From an uncultured Planctomycetaceae bacterium (GTDB lineage: Bacteria > Planctomycetota > Planctomycetia > Planctomycetales > Planctomycetaceae), in contig CAWFGE010000020.1 of NCBI GenBank assembly GCA_963815195.1, positions 160,001 through 224,000 on the forward strand: a DNA stretch of 64,000 nucleotides. The letters are read 5' to 3'. Position numbers and translations under genes: made by a program. Under the pieces are notes generated by a model, which was given only the letters and a program-made list of their open reading frames with translations, did not search any database and was not told the DNA's origin. Below are positions 11,406 through 21,505 of this stretch, piece by piece (within the stretch, counting starts at the first letter, position 1; each line of letters begins with the position of its first letter).

Positions 11406-12937
11406 AACCCGAAGATGCGAAGCCTGCCCAACCTGGGCAAACTTCAAAACCCGATCCGAAACGGAGCCCGTCCGAAAAGGCCGGCTCCGTTTCTGCTGCG
11501 CCCCAGGCCGAAAAACCCGCCGAACCGGAACTGCCTTTGGATCTCTCCGCCGGCACGCCCGACGAAATCTGGCAGGACTACTTCAAAAAGCGTAAGCCGA
11601 AGCCTTCCGCCGTTCGAGGCATCGTGCTCAAGCTGCACAACGCCAAACAGCACGACCACGTGATTGCCTGCATCGGGGCGGCCCTCGTCAACAATCAGGC
11701 CCAGCCTTGGATGTACGAAGTCCTGGCCCTCAGCATGGAAATCGCCGGCTATCCCAAGGAAGACGTCGAGCGGGCGATTTATTCCGCGGTCGACCTGTCC
11801 GGTTTGAACTTTCAAAACGTGATGATGTCGGCTGCGTATCTCACCCGCTTCGATCGCCAAGAGGCCGCGCTCCATATGTACCGCCAGGCGTCCCGCGTCG
11901 CGAAAACCCGGCCCGAACCTTACGTCATGGGCCTTAAGCTCGCCCGCAGGCTGAACGACTACGATGCCATCCAATGGGGAATCTCGGGCGTGTTGATGTA
12001 TGCTTGGACCAAGGACCATAACGCCCTGCACAAACAGGCTGAGGACATGGCCCTCGTCGCCGAAGAGGAACTCCGCAAAGCCGGCCGCCGAGACGAAGCC
12101 GACGCCATGCGGACGGCCCTCGTCCAGGCGAAGCAGCGGGACTTAACGTTGCGTCTCACCTGGAACGGCGTGGGGGATTTGGATTTGCTCGTGGAAGAAC
12201 CCCCCGGCTCGGTGTGTTCCTTCGAGAATCCGCAAACCATAGGCGGCGGCGCTTTGGTGCACGACGGCTACGGCCCCGAACAGGAAAACTGCTACGAGCA
12301 ATACGTCTGCGCCTTCGGGATGCCGGGAACTTACCGCGTTCGCATTCGGCACATGTTCGGCGAAGTCGTGGGCAAGCGGGCGAAACTGACCATCGTCCGC
12401 TACCAGGGCACCGAACGCGAAACCAAACGGGAGCTGACCGTGAAATTGGCGGAAGACGACCAGGTGATCCGCCTGTCTCTGGAGCACGGCCGCCGCGAGG
12501 AACTGGCCGATGTGTCGCCCGCGTCCCGAATCCGCTCGACCGCGCCTCGCCGCCGGAGCCTGCTGCAAATGGTCGGGCGATTGGATGCCGAGTCCCGCCG
12601 GGCCGCCCAAGAGTTCGGCACCTCCCGCGAGAACGTCGGATACCAGCCCCTCATCACCACGCTCTCCGAAGGCGTGACGTTGAGCGCGCTCGCGGTGGTC
12701 TCCGGCGACCGCCGCTACGTCCGCCTCACCACCGTGCCGAATTTTTCGAACATCACCGACGTGTTCACCTTTAGCTTCACCGGCGGCGGTGGCGGAGGCG
12801 GCGCTGGCGGCGGTGGAATTGGAGGCGGCGGAGTCCAAGGCGGCGGCGGAATTGGAGGCGGCGGAGTCCAGGGCGGGGGCGTTGGAGGCGGCGCGTTTCA
12901 GGGCGGAGTCCAAGGCGGCGGCCTGGGCGCATTTTAA
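11397..12937 (+). CDS. TPR-like / secretin-C-like protein with Gly-rich tail; start uncertain, possibly a -1 frame continuation of the VWA gene
   Basis: Helical TPR-like region, 'LTWNGVGDLDLLVEEP' beta domain, and C-terminal 'YQPLITTLSEGVTL...VSGDRRYVRL'. No ATG before 11711. Confidence 0.7.
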
Positions 12938-13831
12938 GAACCGGCCTGAACGTTCTCGCGCATCCAGTGGAGATACTGTTTCGCGTAACCGTCGAGATTC
13001 TCGATCGCTCCGCCTCCCCGGATGGGCGAGCACATTTCGTAATTGGCGATCCCGTCGAACCCGCCGTCCGACAGCCCCTCAAAGAACGCCCGGTAATCGA
13101 TGAAACCTTCGCCGAACTTCACCGCTTTGACCAGGTCGGGCTCCTGCCGGGCGTAATTGACGAGCGCCGGCTGGTAGCGAAACCGCGGAATCCGCACGTA
13201 ATCGGCATTGGTGGTGATTACCGTGTGCGGGGCCATTTTGCGGGCGGCCTCGTAGAGATCCTCGCCCCGCAGCGCCGGCGACCAGGCATCGAAGCCCGCT
13301 TTGCAGTTTGGCCGGTTTACTTCATCGAGCAGATCCAAAAGCTCGTCGGTGTGCACCGCCAGGTCGTGATGGTTCTGAATCGCAATCGTCACGCCGAAGT
13401 CCGCCGCCCGGTCGCAGATTTCCTGCGCGGCTTGGACGACGTTCTTCCAAGCCGCCGGCCGGCCGGCATCGTCCCGGTCATACGCCGTGAAGATGCGGAC
13501 CACGGAGCAGTCGAGCGCTGCCGCCATCCCCGCCAGGGATTGGGCGTATTGGATCTGCATTTCCAGATACGGCACTTCGGCCGCAGCGATCTGCGCAAAA
13601 TCCGTGTAACCGCCGATGACAAAGCAGGCAAGGCCGTGCTGCTTGAGTTGATTCCGAATCGCCGCCAGATCGTCGGCCGCGACATCCAAGGGCGAAAGAT
13701 GCGGCCGCTTCCCCGCAAGCATCACGCCCGCATATCCCAACTCGGCCGCCTTCGCCAGAAACGCCGAAAGTCCCAACCGCTCCTGCCCCCAATAGCCCGG
13801 CGTAGCTCACGGAAAACAAGCTCAGTCTCAT
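12934..13831 (-). CDS. Sugar-phosphate isomerase/epimerase (xylose-isomerase-like TIM barrel); frameshift near 13797
   Basis: MRLSLFSVSYAG|YWGQERLGL join; IQNHHD, GFDAW, GEGFIDY, YEMC motifs. Confidence 0.85.
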
Positions 13832-13856
13832 CGCGGTGCCTCAGTGGGATTCATAT

Positions 13857-13934
13857 GAGCGGCACGGCGCTAGCCGCCGGCCGAGTATAGAGCACGCACA
13901 CTAACGCAGACCGGCGGCTAGCGCCGCGCCGCTC
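13857..13934. repeat. REP-like inverted pair
   Basis: GAGCGGCACGGCGCTAGCCGCCGG ... CCGGCGGCTAGCGCCGCGCCGCTC. Confidence 0.8.
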
Positions 13935-13990
13935 ATTTTCCAGGCTTATGGGACAGTCTCGTAGTAATAATCCATCCTCCAACCTCATTC

Positions 13991-15989
13991 TCATTTGCTC
14001 TTAATCGTTGAAGCGGGCTGCCAGTCTCGCATCGACCGGATGACGCGAATGCGATCGCCGGCTCCCAGTTTTTCGTAAACCTGTTTGGTCCACGCATAGG
14101 CTTCGGGAATCCCGCCGACAAAGGTGATCGAACGGGGATAGGCGAGGGCCAGGTTGTGGGGCAGATCGCCCGTGCGGAGGACGCCCAGGAACGTCGGCGT
14201 GGCGTTGTCTTCGTGGCTCGCCGGCGGATCGGCGAGCACGATTTCGCGGATGTCCGGATCCAACAGGCCCGCATAAATCGCGAGCGCGGCCGTGTCGCCG
14301 TCGCCGTAAACGGCCATCCCGCCGGTCACGGATTCTTTCCGAATGATCTTCGCGGCCGCGAGCAGATCGCTGACCTGGCGCTCGGCCAAAGTCTCCCCCA
14401 AAAGCGGATACGTCCGCCGGGCCGTCCACAGATAGCCGGGGCCGACGGAGTTGGCTCCCGTGTTTCGCACTTCGACCGCCGCGGTGGCGAGATCTGTGGA
14501 AACCGCCGGCCGCGACGAACCGCCCCCCGCGAAGGTGCTCCGCGCATCGGGCTGGACGGCGAACAGCAGCGTCGGCTCCGGCCATTGGCCTTTGTCGGGC
14601 CGTTTCGTTTTGACGGCAAGCTGCATTCCGTCATAAGTATCCAACACATACGTGGCATTCGTGCTGCCGCGGGAACTGCCGTCCGGCCGGAAGTCCCGAA
14701 GCCGCGGCGGTTCACCGGAAACCGTTTGCCGAAACGTGATCTCCTTGAGTCGTTTGAACGCCGCCTTCTGATGGGACAGCCACGCGGCTTTGCCGGAAAT
14801 CTCCGGCAGCTTCGGCCGCTGGATTAGCAGTTTGTCGATCTGTTTCATCTCATCGTGCTCGGGCAGCTTGCCGCCGAAGACCAGGAGATTTTCCGCGGGT
14901 TCCACGTAATCGGTGACATCATCGGTCACCGGCGTGGGATCGTGTTTCAGATGCGTGTTGAACCAGGTAAAAATCGCCCGGCGGAGCTTCGGCGTATAGC
15001 CGTGGGGCGTCAGGTCTTCGACGAGATCGAAATGTTCCTCCTTCCCGAGCGCGGCATACTGCCGGCGGATGCGGTACGCCACATCGCGGTAGCCTTTGGG
15101 CCGCCACAAAATATCCTCGGCCCCGGAAGCCATCAGGAACGCGCGGGCGCGATCAACGCCCCCAGGTCCGGCCAGCACCAGCGGTAGTAATTGATCCAGA
15201 ACGCGCAATCGCAGTGGCCGTCGGTCGCGCGGTCGGCGACGACTTGCTCGATGCTCCCGGACTGGCACACCGGCACGACGACTTTCAAACGCTCGTCCGC
15301 AGCGCCCAGGCACCAGGAAATCACGCCGCCCCCGCTGAGGCCCGTGACGCCCATGCGGTCGGCATCGACATCCGGCCGCGTTTCCAGATAATCCAACGCC
15401 CGCATCGCGTTCCAGACCTCCGCACCGGCGGGCGTATAGCCTCGGCTCTGCCAGTCCCAGCGCTCCTCGCGATACGTGCCATGATGAAATCCCTGCGACT
15501 CGCCCAACTGGATCGGATCGAGCACCAGCGCGACATAACCATGCTCCGCGAACCAGCGGGGATGCGCCTGATATCCGGCGCGATCTTCCCGAGCGAGTGG
15601 CCGCACAAATACAGCACCGCCGGCAACCGCTCGGAAACTTTCGCGGGGCGATACAGGTTCCCGATGACGTACGCTCCGGGCACGCATTGGAAGTGAACCT
15701 TCTCCACCACATAATTCCCGCGCTCGAGCTTTCCGGTCACCGTGGCTTCGAGCGGCGTGCGCGGCGGCAACGGCGACAGGCCGATCATCTCCCGCCATTG
15801 CTCCCGCCGTTTTGCCTGGGTGGCTTTCCACTCCTCGGGCGAAAGGGGCACCGCCAGCGAGGCCCGCGAGATTTGTTTCGCCTCCTGCCGGGCCGAACCG
15901 TAAAGCGTGATCGGCTCGTCCGCAAACGCCGGCAGCGAAAGTCCGCAGAGCACACCCACGAGCAAACCGCGATAATATGGCAGCATCAT
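13991..15989 (-). CDS. Acetylxylan-esterase-like alpha/beta hydrolase; frameshifts near 15580 and 15148
   Basis: Signal peptide, YVVEKVHFQ, LYLCGH, nucleophile motif GVTGLSGGG, GHCDC, LIAP|RAFL, spread over three ORF fragments. Confidence 0.85.
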
Positions 15990-16087
15990 GGCCTCCCAAG
16001 CCGCATGAAGTTCGTATCAATGGAGCTACGGAGGAGTATACCACCAACTGTCGCAATTGACGAACGCGGCCGGGCAGAGTGGCGAGG

Positions 16088-17191
16088 TCACGGATGTTTG
16101 ATGACCGTGACCGAACCATCGGTGCCGTGGAGTTCCACCTCGCATTCTGGGAGCGCATCCACCAGTTCCCGGGCGGCTTTGACATCGATCTGGCCCTTGT
16201 CAAACTGCACGGTTCGCAGGCCGCTTATTCCCGAGAGATGTTTAAGGCCCGGCCCTTCAACGCCATTCCCATTGAGCGACAGCCGCTTCAGGTTTTTTAA
16301 CGCCGCCACATCTTTCAGCCCGGCGTCGGTGAACGTCTTGCAGTAGCGCAGATTCAATGATTCCAGCCCCGTCAAATCGCCAAGGGCGGACAGGCCGGCG
16401 TCCGTAATCTTCGCGTTGACCAAGGCCAGCGACGTGAGCTTGTGAAACGCATCGAGAGACGCGAGGCCTTTGTCCGTGATGTTGTCGGCGTCGAACTCCA
16501 ACACGGTCAGATGAGAGGCGAGCGGGGTGATCGATTCCAGATCGTCGTCGGCGAGCGGAGTGCCGTGAAGGTTCAAGGATTCAAGCTTCGACAGTCCGCC
16601 CAAGGTCGTCAGTTCCTTGGGCCGCAGCTTCGGAGCTTCCAACGACAGCCGGCGGAGTTGGGCGAGCCGGCCCAAGTCCTTGAGGCCCGACGCGGTGATC
16701 GAGTTGTGAATGATTTTGAGGGTCTCCAGCTTCGGCAGCTTTGCGAGCACATCGAGGCCCGACCCGTCGAGCGGGAGATGGGACAAGTTGAGTTCCTCAA
16801 TCGCCGGGCACGTGGCAAGGTGCGCGAGCCCTTTGTCGGTGACGGAACAGCGAATCAAATCCAACTGCTTCAGGCGCGCGTGACCCGCGAGCGCCCGCAT
16901 CGCCTCGTCGCCAAATCCCTTGGACTCGATCACGATGACCTTCTCCAAGTCGGGAAAGTCCTTGACCGGCTGAAACGCTTCGGACGGAGCGGACAGCGAG
17001 TAGAACTCCGCCCGGACGATGTTCCCCTTCGCGTCTCGGCCGAGGCGGCCGCCGGCTTTTGTGATCTGCTCCGCGGGATCGCCGGCGGTGGGCGACGATT
17101 CTTCCGTTCCCCCACCGCATCCGACGGCCAAACCGAGGAGGAACCAAACGCAGCCAAGCCGCCCAAAAGTTATGCAAGCTGTCCGGATCAT
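16088..17191 (-). CDS. Leucine-rich repeat lipoprotein
   Basis: Lipobox LAVGC; repeated LxxLxLxxxxITDxGL units. Confidence 0.88.
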   Translation of the reverse strand: MIRTACITFGRLGCVWFLLGLAVGCGGGTEESSPTAGDPAEQITKAGGRLGRDAKGNIVRAEFYSLSAPSEAFQPVKDFPDLEKVIVIESKGFGDEAMRALAGHARLKQLDLIRCSVTDKGLAHLATCPAIEELNLSHLPLDGSGLDVLAKLPKLETLKIIHNSITASGLKDLGRLAQLRRLSLEAPKLRPKELTTLGGLSKLESLNLHGTPLADDDLESITPLASHLTVLEFDADNITDKGLASLDAFHKLTSLALVNAKITDAGLSALGDLTGLESLNLRYCKTFTDAGLKDVAALKNLKRLSLNGNGVEGPGLKHLSGISGLRTVQFDKGQIDVKAARELVDALPECEVELHGTDGSVTVIKHP

Positions 17192-17326
17192 GGCATGTCT
17201 CAATCTGGGGGCAAGTGTGCTCATCAACCGGCACGCGCACGTCCGCTTCATCGAAAGACAGGGGAAATCACAAAAACCGGAGCGAGCACCCTGCAGCTCC
17301 TAAACCCAACGGCTGACGCGATCATG

Positions 17327-17785
17327 CTATTGCTTGTCGAGCTCATCTTTTTTCGACGTCAGCGCAAAGTCCGCTTTCTCGGTTCCGTCGGCGAAGACTT
17401 CAACCGTCAGCGTCGAAGCCGAATTGTAACGGGCGGGGATCGGATCGGTGAATAGGAAGGCGTCATCCGTTTGAGCCTCCGGCGGCGGGGGCGTGGAAAT
17501 GGAAACGCGATGTTGCCCGACGACGGCCCCCGAATCGCCCGACGCGACGAACTCCAACGTGTATCGCCCGTCGGCATCGGTCTTGCCAAACGAGCCGCCG
17601 CCGGTGTTTTTGGATTCGACAGCGGGCTGGAAGGTGACCGAGACGTTCGCGAGCGGTTTCCCATCCATCGTCACCCGCCCCGACACCGGAGCGGTCGGCA
17701 CATCGTCCCCGCCGCAGCCCGAGAACACGAGAAGCATCGGCAAAGCGAATGCCGTGAAGAGGAACTTCAATGAAAAAGCAGCCAC
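17327..17785 (-). CDS. Carboxypeptidase-regulatory-like domain lipoprotein (DUF1559 partner)
   Basis: FSGCG lipobox, VSGRVTMDGKPL, TDADGRY, IPARYN, DFAL. Confidence 0.88.
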   Translation of the reverse strand: MAAFSLKFLFTAFALPMLLVFSGCGGDDVPTAPVSGRVTMDGKPLANVSVTFQPAVESKNTGGGSFGKTDADGRYTLEFVASGDSGAVVGQHRVSISTPPPPEAQTDDAFLFTDPIPARYNSASTLTVEVFADGTEKADFALTSKKDELDKQ

Positions 17786-17892
17786 GGCTTAACCCCCGTA
17801 GAATGAATGCGAATGAATGACGAGAATCACTCCGCATGCCGAGTTCCGCGAAGCGAAACCCGGGCGGAGAGTGATGAAAGCGAAGAGGCGAT

Positions 17893-18831
17893 CTAAAACT
17901 GCCCGACGACTTCGTTGCCGCCGACCGTGGCCAGGTTCCCCAGGATATTTGTGTTGATGTTCACACTGATAAACCGCACGGAGCCGTCGCCGAGGGCGAA
18001 CTGGATCCCCCCCACGTGAAAACTACCCCAACCGCGTTTGCAGGCATCGGCGCCGCCCGTCCCGCCTATGCTCACGCAGCGGTCGTAATCGGCGATCAGC
18101 GTCCGCGGCTGATTGTACGTGACGTCGGAGGAATTGTAGGAGGTGTAGCTGTAGGCCCAGAACGTCCCCCGCCGCGGATGCGTTTGCGTGTGATATTCGC
18201 CGATCACCAGCGTGTTGGAAGGACCGTCCGTAATATCTCTCATGCTTTCGGGACCCAATTTGTAAGGATTGCCGATGGCATGCAGAACTCCTTTCCAACT
18301 GCCGACAAGGGAGCCTTGCCCGCTGTCAAACCATCGTCCATTGGAATCGGTTTTTCCGCCCACGCCGCGGTAGGAACTCATGCGGTAAAGCAAGCCGCTC
18401 CCCGGTCCGCTTTCGGGCTTCATCACCTGGCCGGCGTTGACGTCCGAGGGGCAATTCTGCACCGCCAGATTTGTCTGGCGAACGGCCTGGTTCGCGGAGT
18501 CCTCGTTGTAGCGGTTGAAATTGTACTGCTTATACAGCGGGGCCTGATCCATAAACGGCAGGATGGAAATTGCCCAGTTGGTCCCGCTTTTCGTCCCACA
18601 GCAGGATCCCAAAGTGACTTTGCCGGGCGGGAACGACTGATAGTTGTCGTGATAGTTGTGCAGCGCCAGCACTAACTGCTTCAGGTTGTTTTTGCACTGG
18701 CTCCGCCGGGCGGCTTCCCGGGCTTGCTGGACCGCCGGCAGAAGCAAGGCAATCAAGATCGCAATGATCGCGATCACCACGAGCAGCTCGATCAACGTAA
18801 ACCCGCTGCGTTTCCACCTTCGATTGAACAT
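17893..18831 (-). CDS. DUF1559 prepilin-type N-terminal cleavage protein
   Basis: [14 protein letters not shown]...[21 protein letters not shown] and C-terminal H-x9-DG motif ([14 protein letters not shown]). Confidence 0.95.
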   Translation of the reverse strand: MFNRRWKRSGFTLIELLVVIAIIAILIALLLPAVQQAREAARRSQCKNNLKQLVLALHNYHDNYQSFPPGKVTLGSCCGTKSGTNWAISILPFMDQAPLYKQYNFNRYNEDSANQAVRQTNLAVQNCPSDVNAGQVMKPESGPGSGLLYRMSSYRGVGGKTDSNGRWFDSGQGSLVGSWKGVLHAIGNPYKLGPESMRDITDGPSNTLVIGEYHTQTHPRRGTFWAYSYTSYNSSDVTYNQPRTLIADYDRCVSIGGTGGADACKRGWGSFHVGGIQFALGDGSVRFISVNINTNILGNLATVGGNEVVGQF

Positions 18832-19047
18832 CTCGAACGCCCTCCACAAAAAGAATCGAGCAGTCCCAAACAACCGCTCCCGGAAATAATACAAAACGAA
18901 AGCATCAACCCAACAAATACAGTCGCCCGACACGAGTCGCGCCGGTCGAAATGGGATGCGGATATTGATATGGATTGTGGAAACAGGAATCGAAATCAGA
19001 AGTTGGCGAGAGAAGCGCCAGTTTCTGTCAAAACGAACGCAATGAAA

Positions 19048-19087
19048 AATGAGAGTTGATCTTGATTATTGAGATAAAAATCTCGAT
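19048..19087. promoter_or_regulatory. Tandem palindromic operator candidates (Fur-box-like)
   Basis: ATTGAGATAAAAATCTCGAT (19068-19087) preceded by the similar AATGAGAGTTGATCTTGATT, in an AT-rich patch between divergent DUF1559 genes. Confidence 0.4.
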
Positions 19088-19848
19088 CGTCAAGACATGA
19101 CATCTAATGACATCTGAGGCTGAGGGTTCTCCCCTGCTGATGCGACGGGAAAACCTCACGCGGGTTTTGTTCTTCGAGCGAGCAAGCGGGCGACAGCGCT
19201 GAGCCCAGGTTGCTCGCCCGAACGAGTTGGTCGGGCTTTTCGCCCCGCAGCCGCCTCCCAAAATGATTTCGCCGGGGCGGAAACGACCGATCGTTGTCGT
19301 GATCGTTGTACATCATCGCCTCCGGCTGCGCCCGGCAGGTGTTTGCAAGCCGCTCCAGGACCTAACGCTTGCCGCGGTTGCACCACGTCTTCTGCCCGCG
19401 AAAACCGGCTTCGGGACATCATCCGATTCTGATGCGCGAATCCCGCCATTCCCCTTGTTCTGTAGGCTTTGCGCTTCATCAATTCTTCACAGTTAACTCA
19501 TCAAACTCGAGTAGCAATCTCGATTTCACCGGCTACACTGGCATGAATAGAAGGCCCCAAGCGGCCTCGTTCCCGAGAACTCATTCCCTGAGACGAGCCG
19601 TGAATCCGACCGGCTGCCGTCCCCGCTTGAACCATAGCGAACGTGTAGGAACGCTTATCGAACAACGTTTGGTTCTGCCCTCCCGAGTGCAGATCCCCTC
19701 CATCGGGCCATCGAAATTGCGTTGAGCACTGTCTCACGATGCTGACACTTTCCTCTCCATCGGGTCAATTTCCGTGGAGATTCTGCGCTCAACGTGCGCT
19801 CCGCCATACCCTTTTTTCCGTTTTACGCTTTCAAAGGAACAAGGAACC

Positions 19849-20799
19849 ATGTCCGCGAGACCTCGTCCCGCCAAACGCATTGGCTTTACCCTGATTGAGC
19901 TGTTGGTGGTGATTGCCATTATCGCCATCTTGATCGCCCTCTTGTTGCCCGCAGTTCAGCAGGCCCGCGAAGCGGCCCGCCGCGCGAGTTGCAAAAACAA
20001 TCTGAAGAACATCGGTTTGGCTCTGCACAACTACCACCAGACCTTTAACGTGCTCCCGTTCGGGTTCGACGCCCGTGAGGCCTTGTGGACCGCGATGCTG
20101 CTCCCGCAAATCGAGCAAGGCAACGTCTACAGAACCTTGATTTTTCAGGAAGGCGGCGCGGGCAACTGGGATTCTGATGGCTCCCCCAACGAAGCCGCCG
20201 CCGGAACGCTGATGTCGATCTATATCTGCCCGAGCATGGCCATGCAGCCGCAGCGCGACAACAACGGCATTCCCCACCGGGCCGCGGCCAGCTACCGCGC
20301 CTGTGCCGGCTCCAACATCTATTCGGATGATGCGAGCACGATTCCCGCCGGTGCGCCGTCCGGGGCGATGTCCTTGGAGCAAGTTCCTCTCAACGGGATG
20401 TTCTACGGGTGCAGCAGCATCCGCTTCCGCGATGTCACCGACGGATTGACCAACACCATCATGCTCGGCGAAACCTACACCGACACCTATAGCAAGGACG
20501 GCCAGCAAATGGACGTCTGGATTGTCGGCTCTCCGCAAACAGGAGGCTGGAACCCCGGCGGAAAAGGCGGCACCGAATACAGCGAAGGCCTGGGCTCCAC
20601 CGGCCCGAAAATCAACAGCCGGCTCGATCCGACAGCAGACGGCCATATTATGGAAATGGCCTTCGGAAGCTACCACGTCGGCGGCGCCCATTTTACCTTG
20701 GGCGACGGCTCCGTGCGGTTCATCTCCGAAAACATCAACCTCAACACCTACCACGCCCTCGGCTCGCGAAGGGGCGGCGAAGTGATCGGCGAATTCTAA
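19849..20799 (+). CDS. DUF1559 prepilin-type protein
   Basis: [45 protein letters not shown]. Confidence 0.95.
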   Translation: MSARPRPAKRIGFTLIELLVVIAIIAILIALLLPAVQQAREAARRASCKNNLKNIGLALHNYHQTFNVLPFGFDAREALWTAMLLPQIEQGNVYRTLIFQEGGAGNWDSDGSPNEAAAGTLMSIYICPSMAMQPQRDNNGIPHRAAASYRACAGSNIYSDDASTIPAGAPSGAMSLEQVPLNGMFYGCSSIRFRDVTDGLTNTIMLGETYTDTYSKDGQQMDVWIVGSPQTGGWNPGGKGGTEYSEGLGSTGPKINSRLDPTADGHIMEMAFGSYHVGGAHFTLGDGSVRFISENINLNTYHALGSRRGGEVIGEF

Positions 20800-20816
20800 G
20801 ACTCAAACCGTCAAGG

Positions 20817-20843
20817 CGAGCGGGAGGCGTAAGCCTCCCGGTT
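20817..20843. repeat. Single REP-like palindrome
   Basis: GAGCGGGAGGCGTAAGCCTCCCGG hairpin just after the stop codon; same GAGC-stem-CGG shape as the 13857 and 23511 elements. Confidence 0.5.
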
Positions 20844-20938
20844 ACGCGGAACAACCCCAAACTCCACAAAGCCGGGCGGCGGCCGCCTTCCGCGATTCCT
20901 CAATACAGCTTACTTTAATTCTCATCGGAACGACTCTT

Positions 20939-21418
20939 ATGAAAAACTTGCTTTTCTTTCTTTGCGGCTGCCTGGCGGCCGTGATGTTCGCGGGATGCAA
21001 CACGTCTCCGCAGATGAATTATGATTCCGTCAATTTGGTGCAGGTCTCGGGCACCGTGCTTTTGGATGGAAAACCGCTGCCCCACGCCGTCGTCGTGTTT
21101 GAAAGTTCCAAGGGCCAATTCTCCGCTGGCGTGACCAACGCCAGCGGCCGCTATACCCTGCGGTTCGATTCCCAAGTCAGCGGCGTGACGCCCGGCGAAA
21201 AAACCGTCCGCATCAGCACCGCCCGGAAAATCACCGGCGTCAATACCGAAGACGGCGCGGAAGAAGCCCCGGCCGGCGAAGGCTCCGAGGAATCGGGCGA
21301 GAGCGCCAAACCTTCCCAAGAATTGGTGCCCGAGAAATACAACAAAGAATCGGAACTCAAACGCACCGTCAAACCCGACGAATCCCAAACCTTCGACTTC
21401 GATTTGAAGTCGGCCTAA
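20939..21418 (+). CDS. Carboxypeptidase-regulatory-like domain lipoprotein
   Basis: FAGC lipobox, VSGTVLLDGKPL, TNASGRY, VPEKYN, FDFDL. Confidence 0.9.
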   Translation: MKNLLFFLCGCLAAVMFAGCNTSPQMNYDSVNLVQVSGTVLLDGKPLPHAVVVFESSKGQFSAGVTNASGRYTLRFDSQVSGVTPGEKTVRISTARKITGVNTEDGAEEAPAGEGSEESGESAKPSQELVPEKYNKESELKRTVKPDESQTFDFDLKSA

Positions 21419-21435
21419 TCCGCTCGTCCAAGGGC

Positions 21436-21486
21436 AAAAAACGGGGGCCCGAAAACGTCGATTTTCGGGCCCCCGATTTATTTTTT
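21436..21486. terminator. Bidirectional intrinsic terminator
   Basis: 14-bp stem CGGGGGCCCGAAAA/TTTTCGGGCCCCCG with an A-run before and T-rich tail after, between convergent genes. Confidence 0.85.
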
Positions 21487-21505
21487 GCAGTGCGAAAAGC
21501 GCGGG

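Noticed and set aside
234..11447. Long opposite-strand ORFs (e.g. 234-2693, 2798-4003, 8487-11447; likewise 36091-37860, 38905-40890, 53247-54983)
   Set aside because: Antisense shadows of motif-bearing genes, as expected in high-GC DNA; they contain no recognisable domains.
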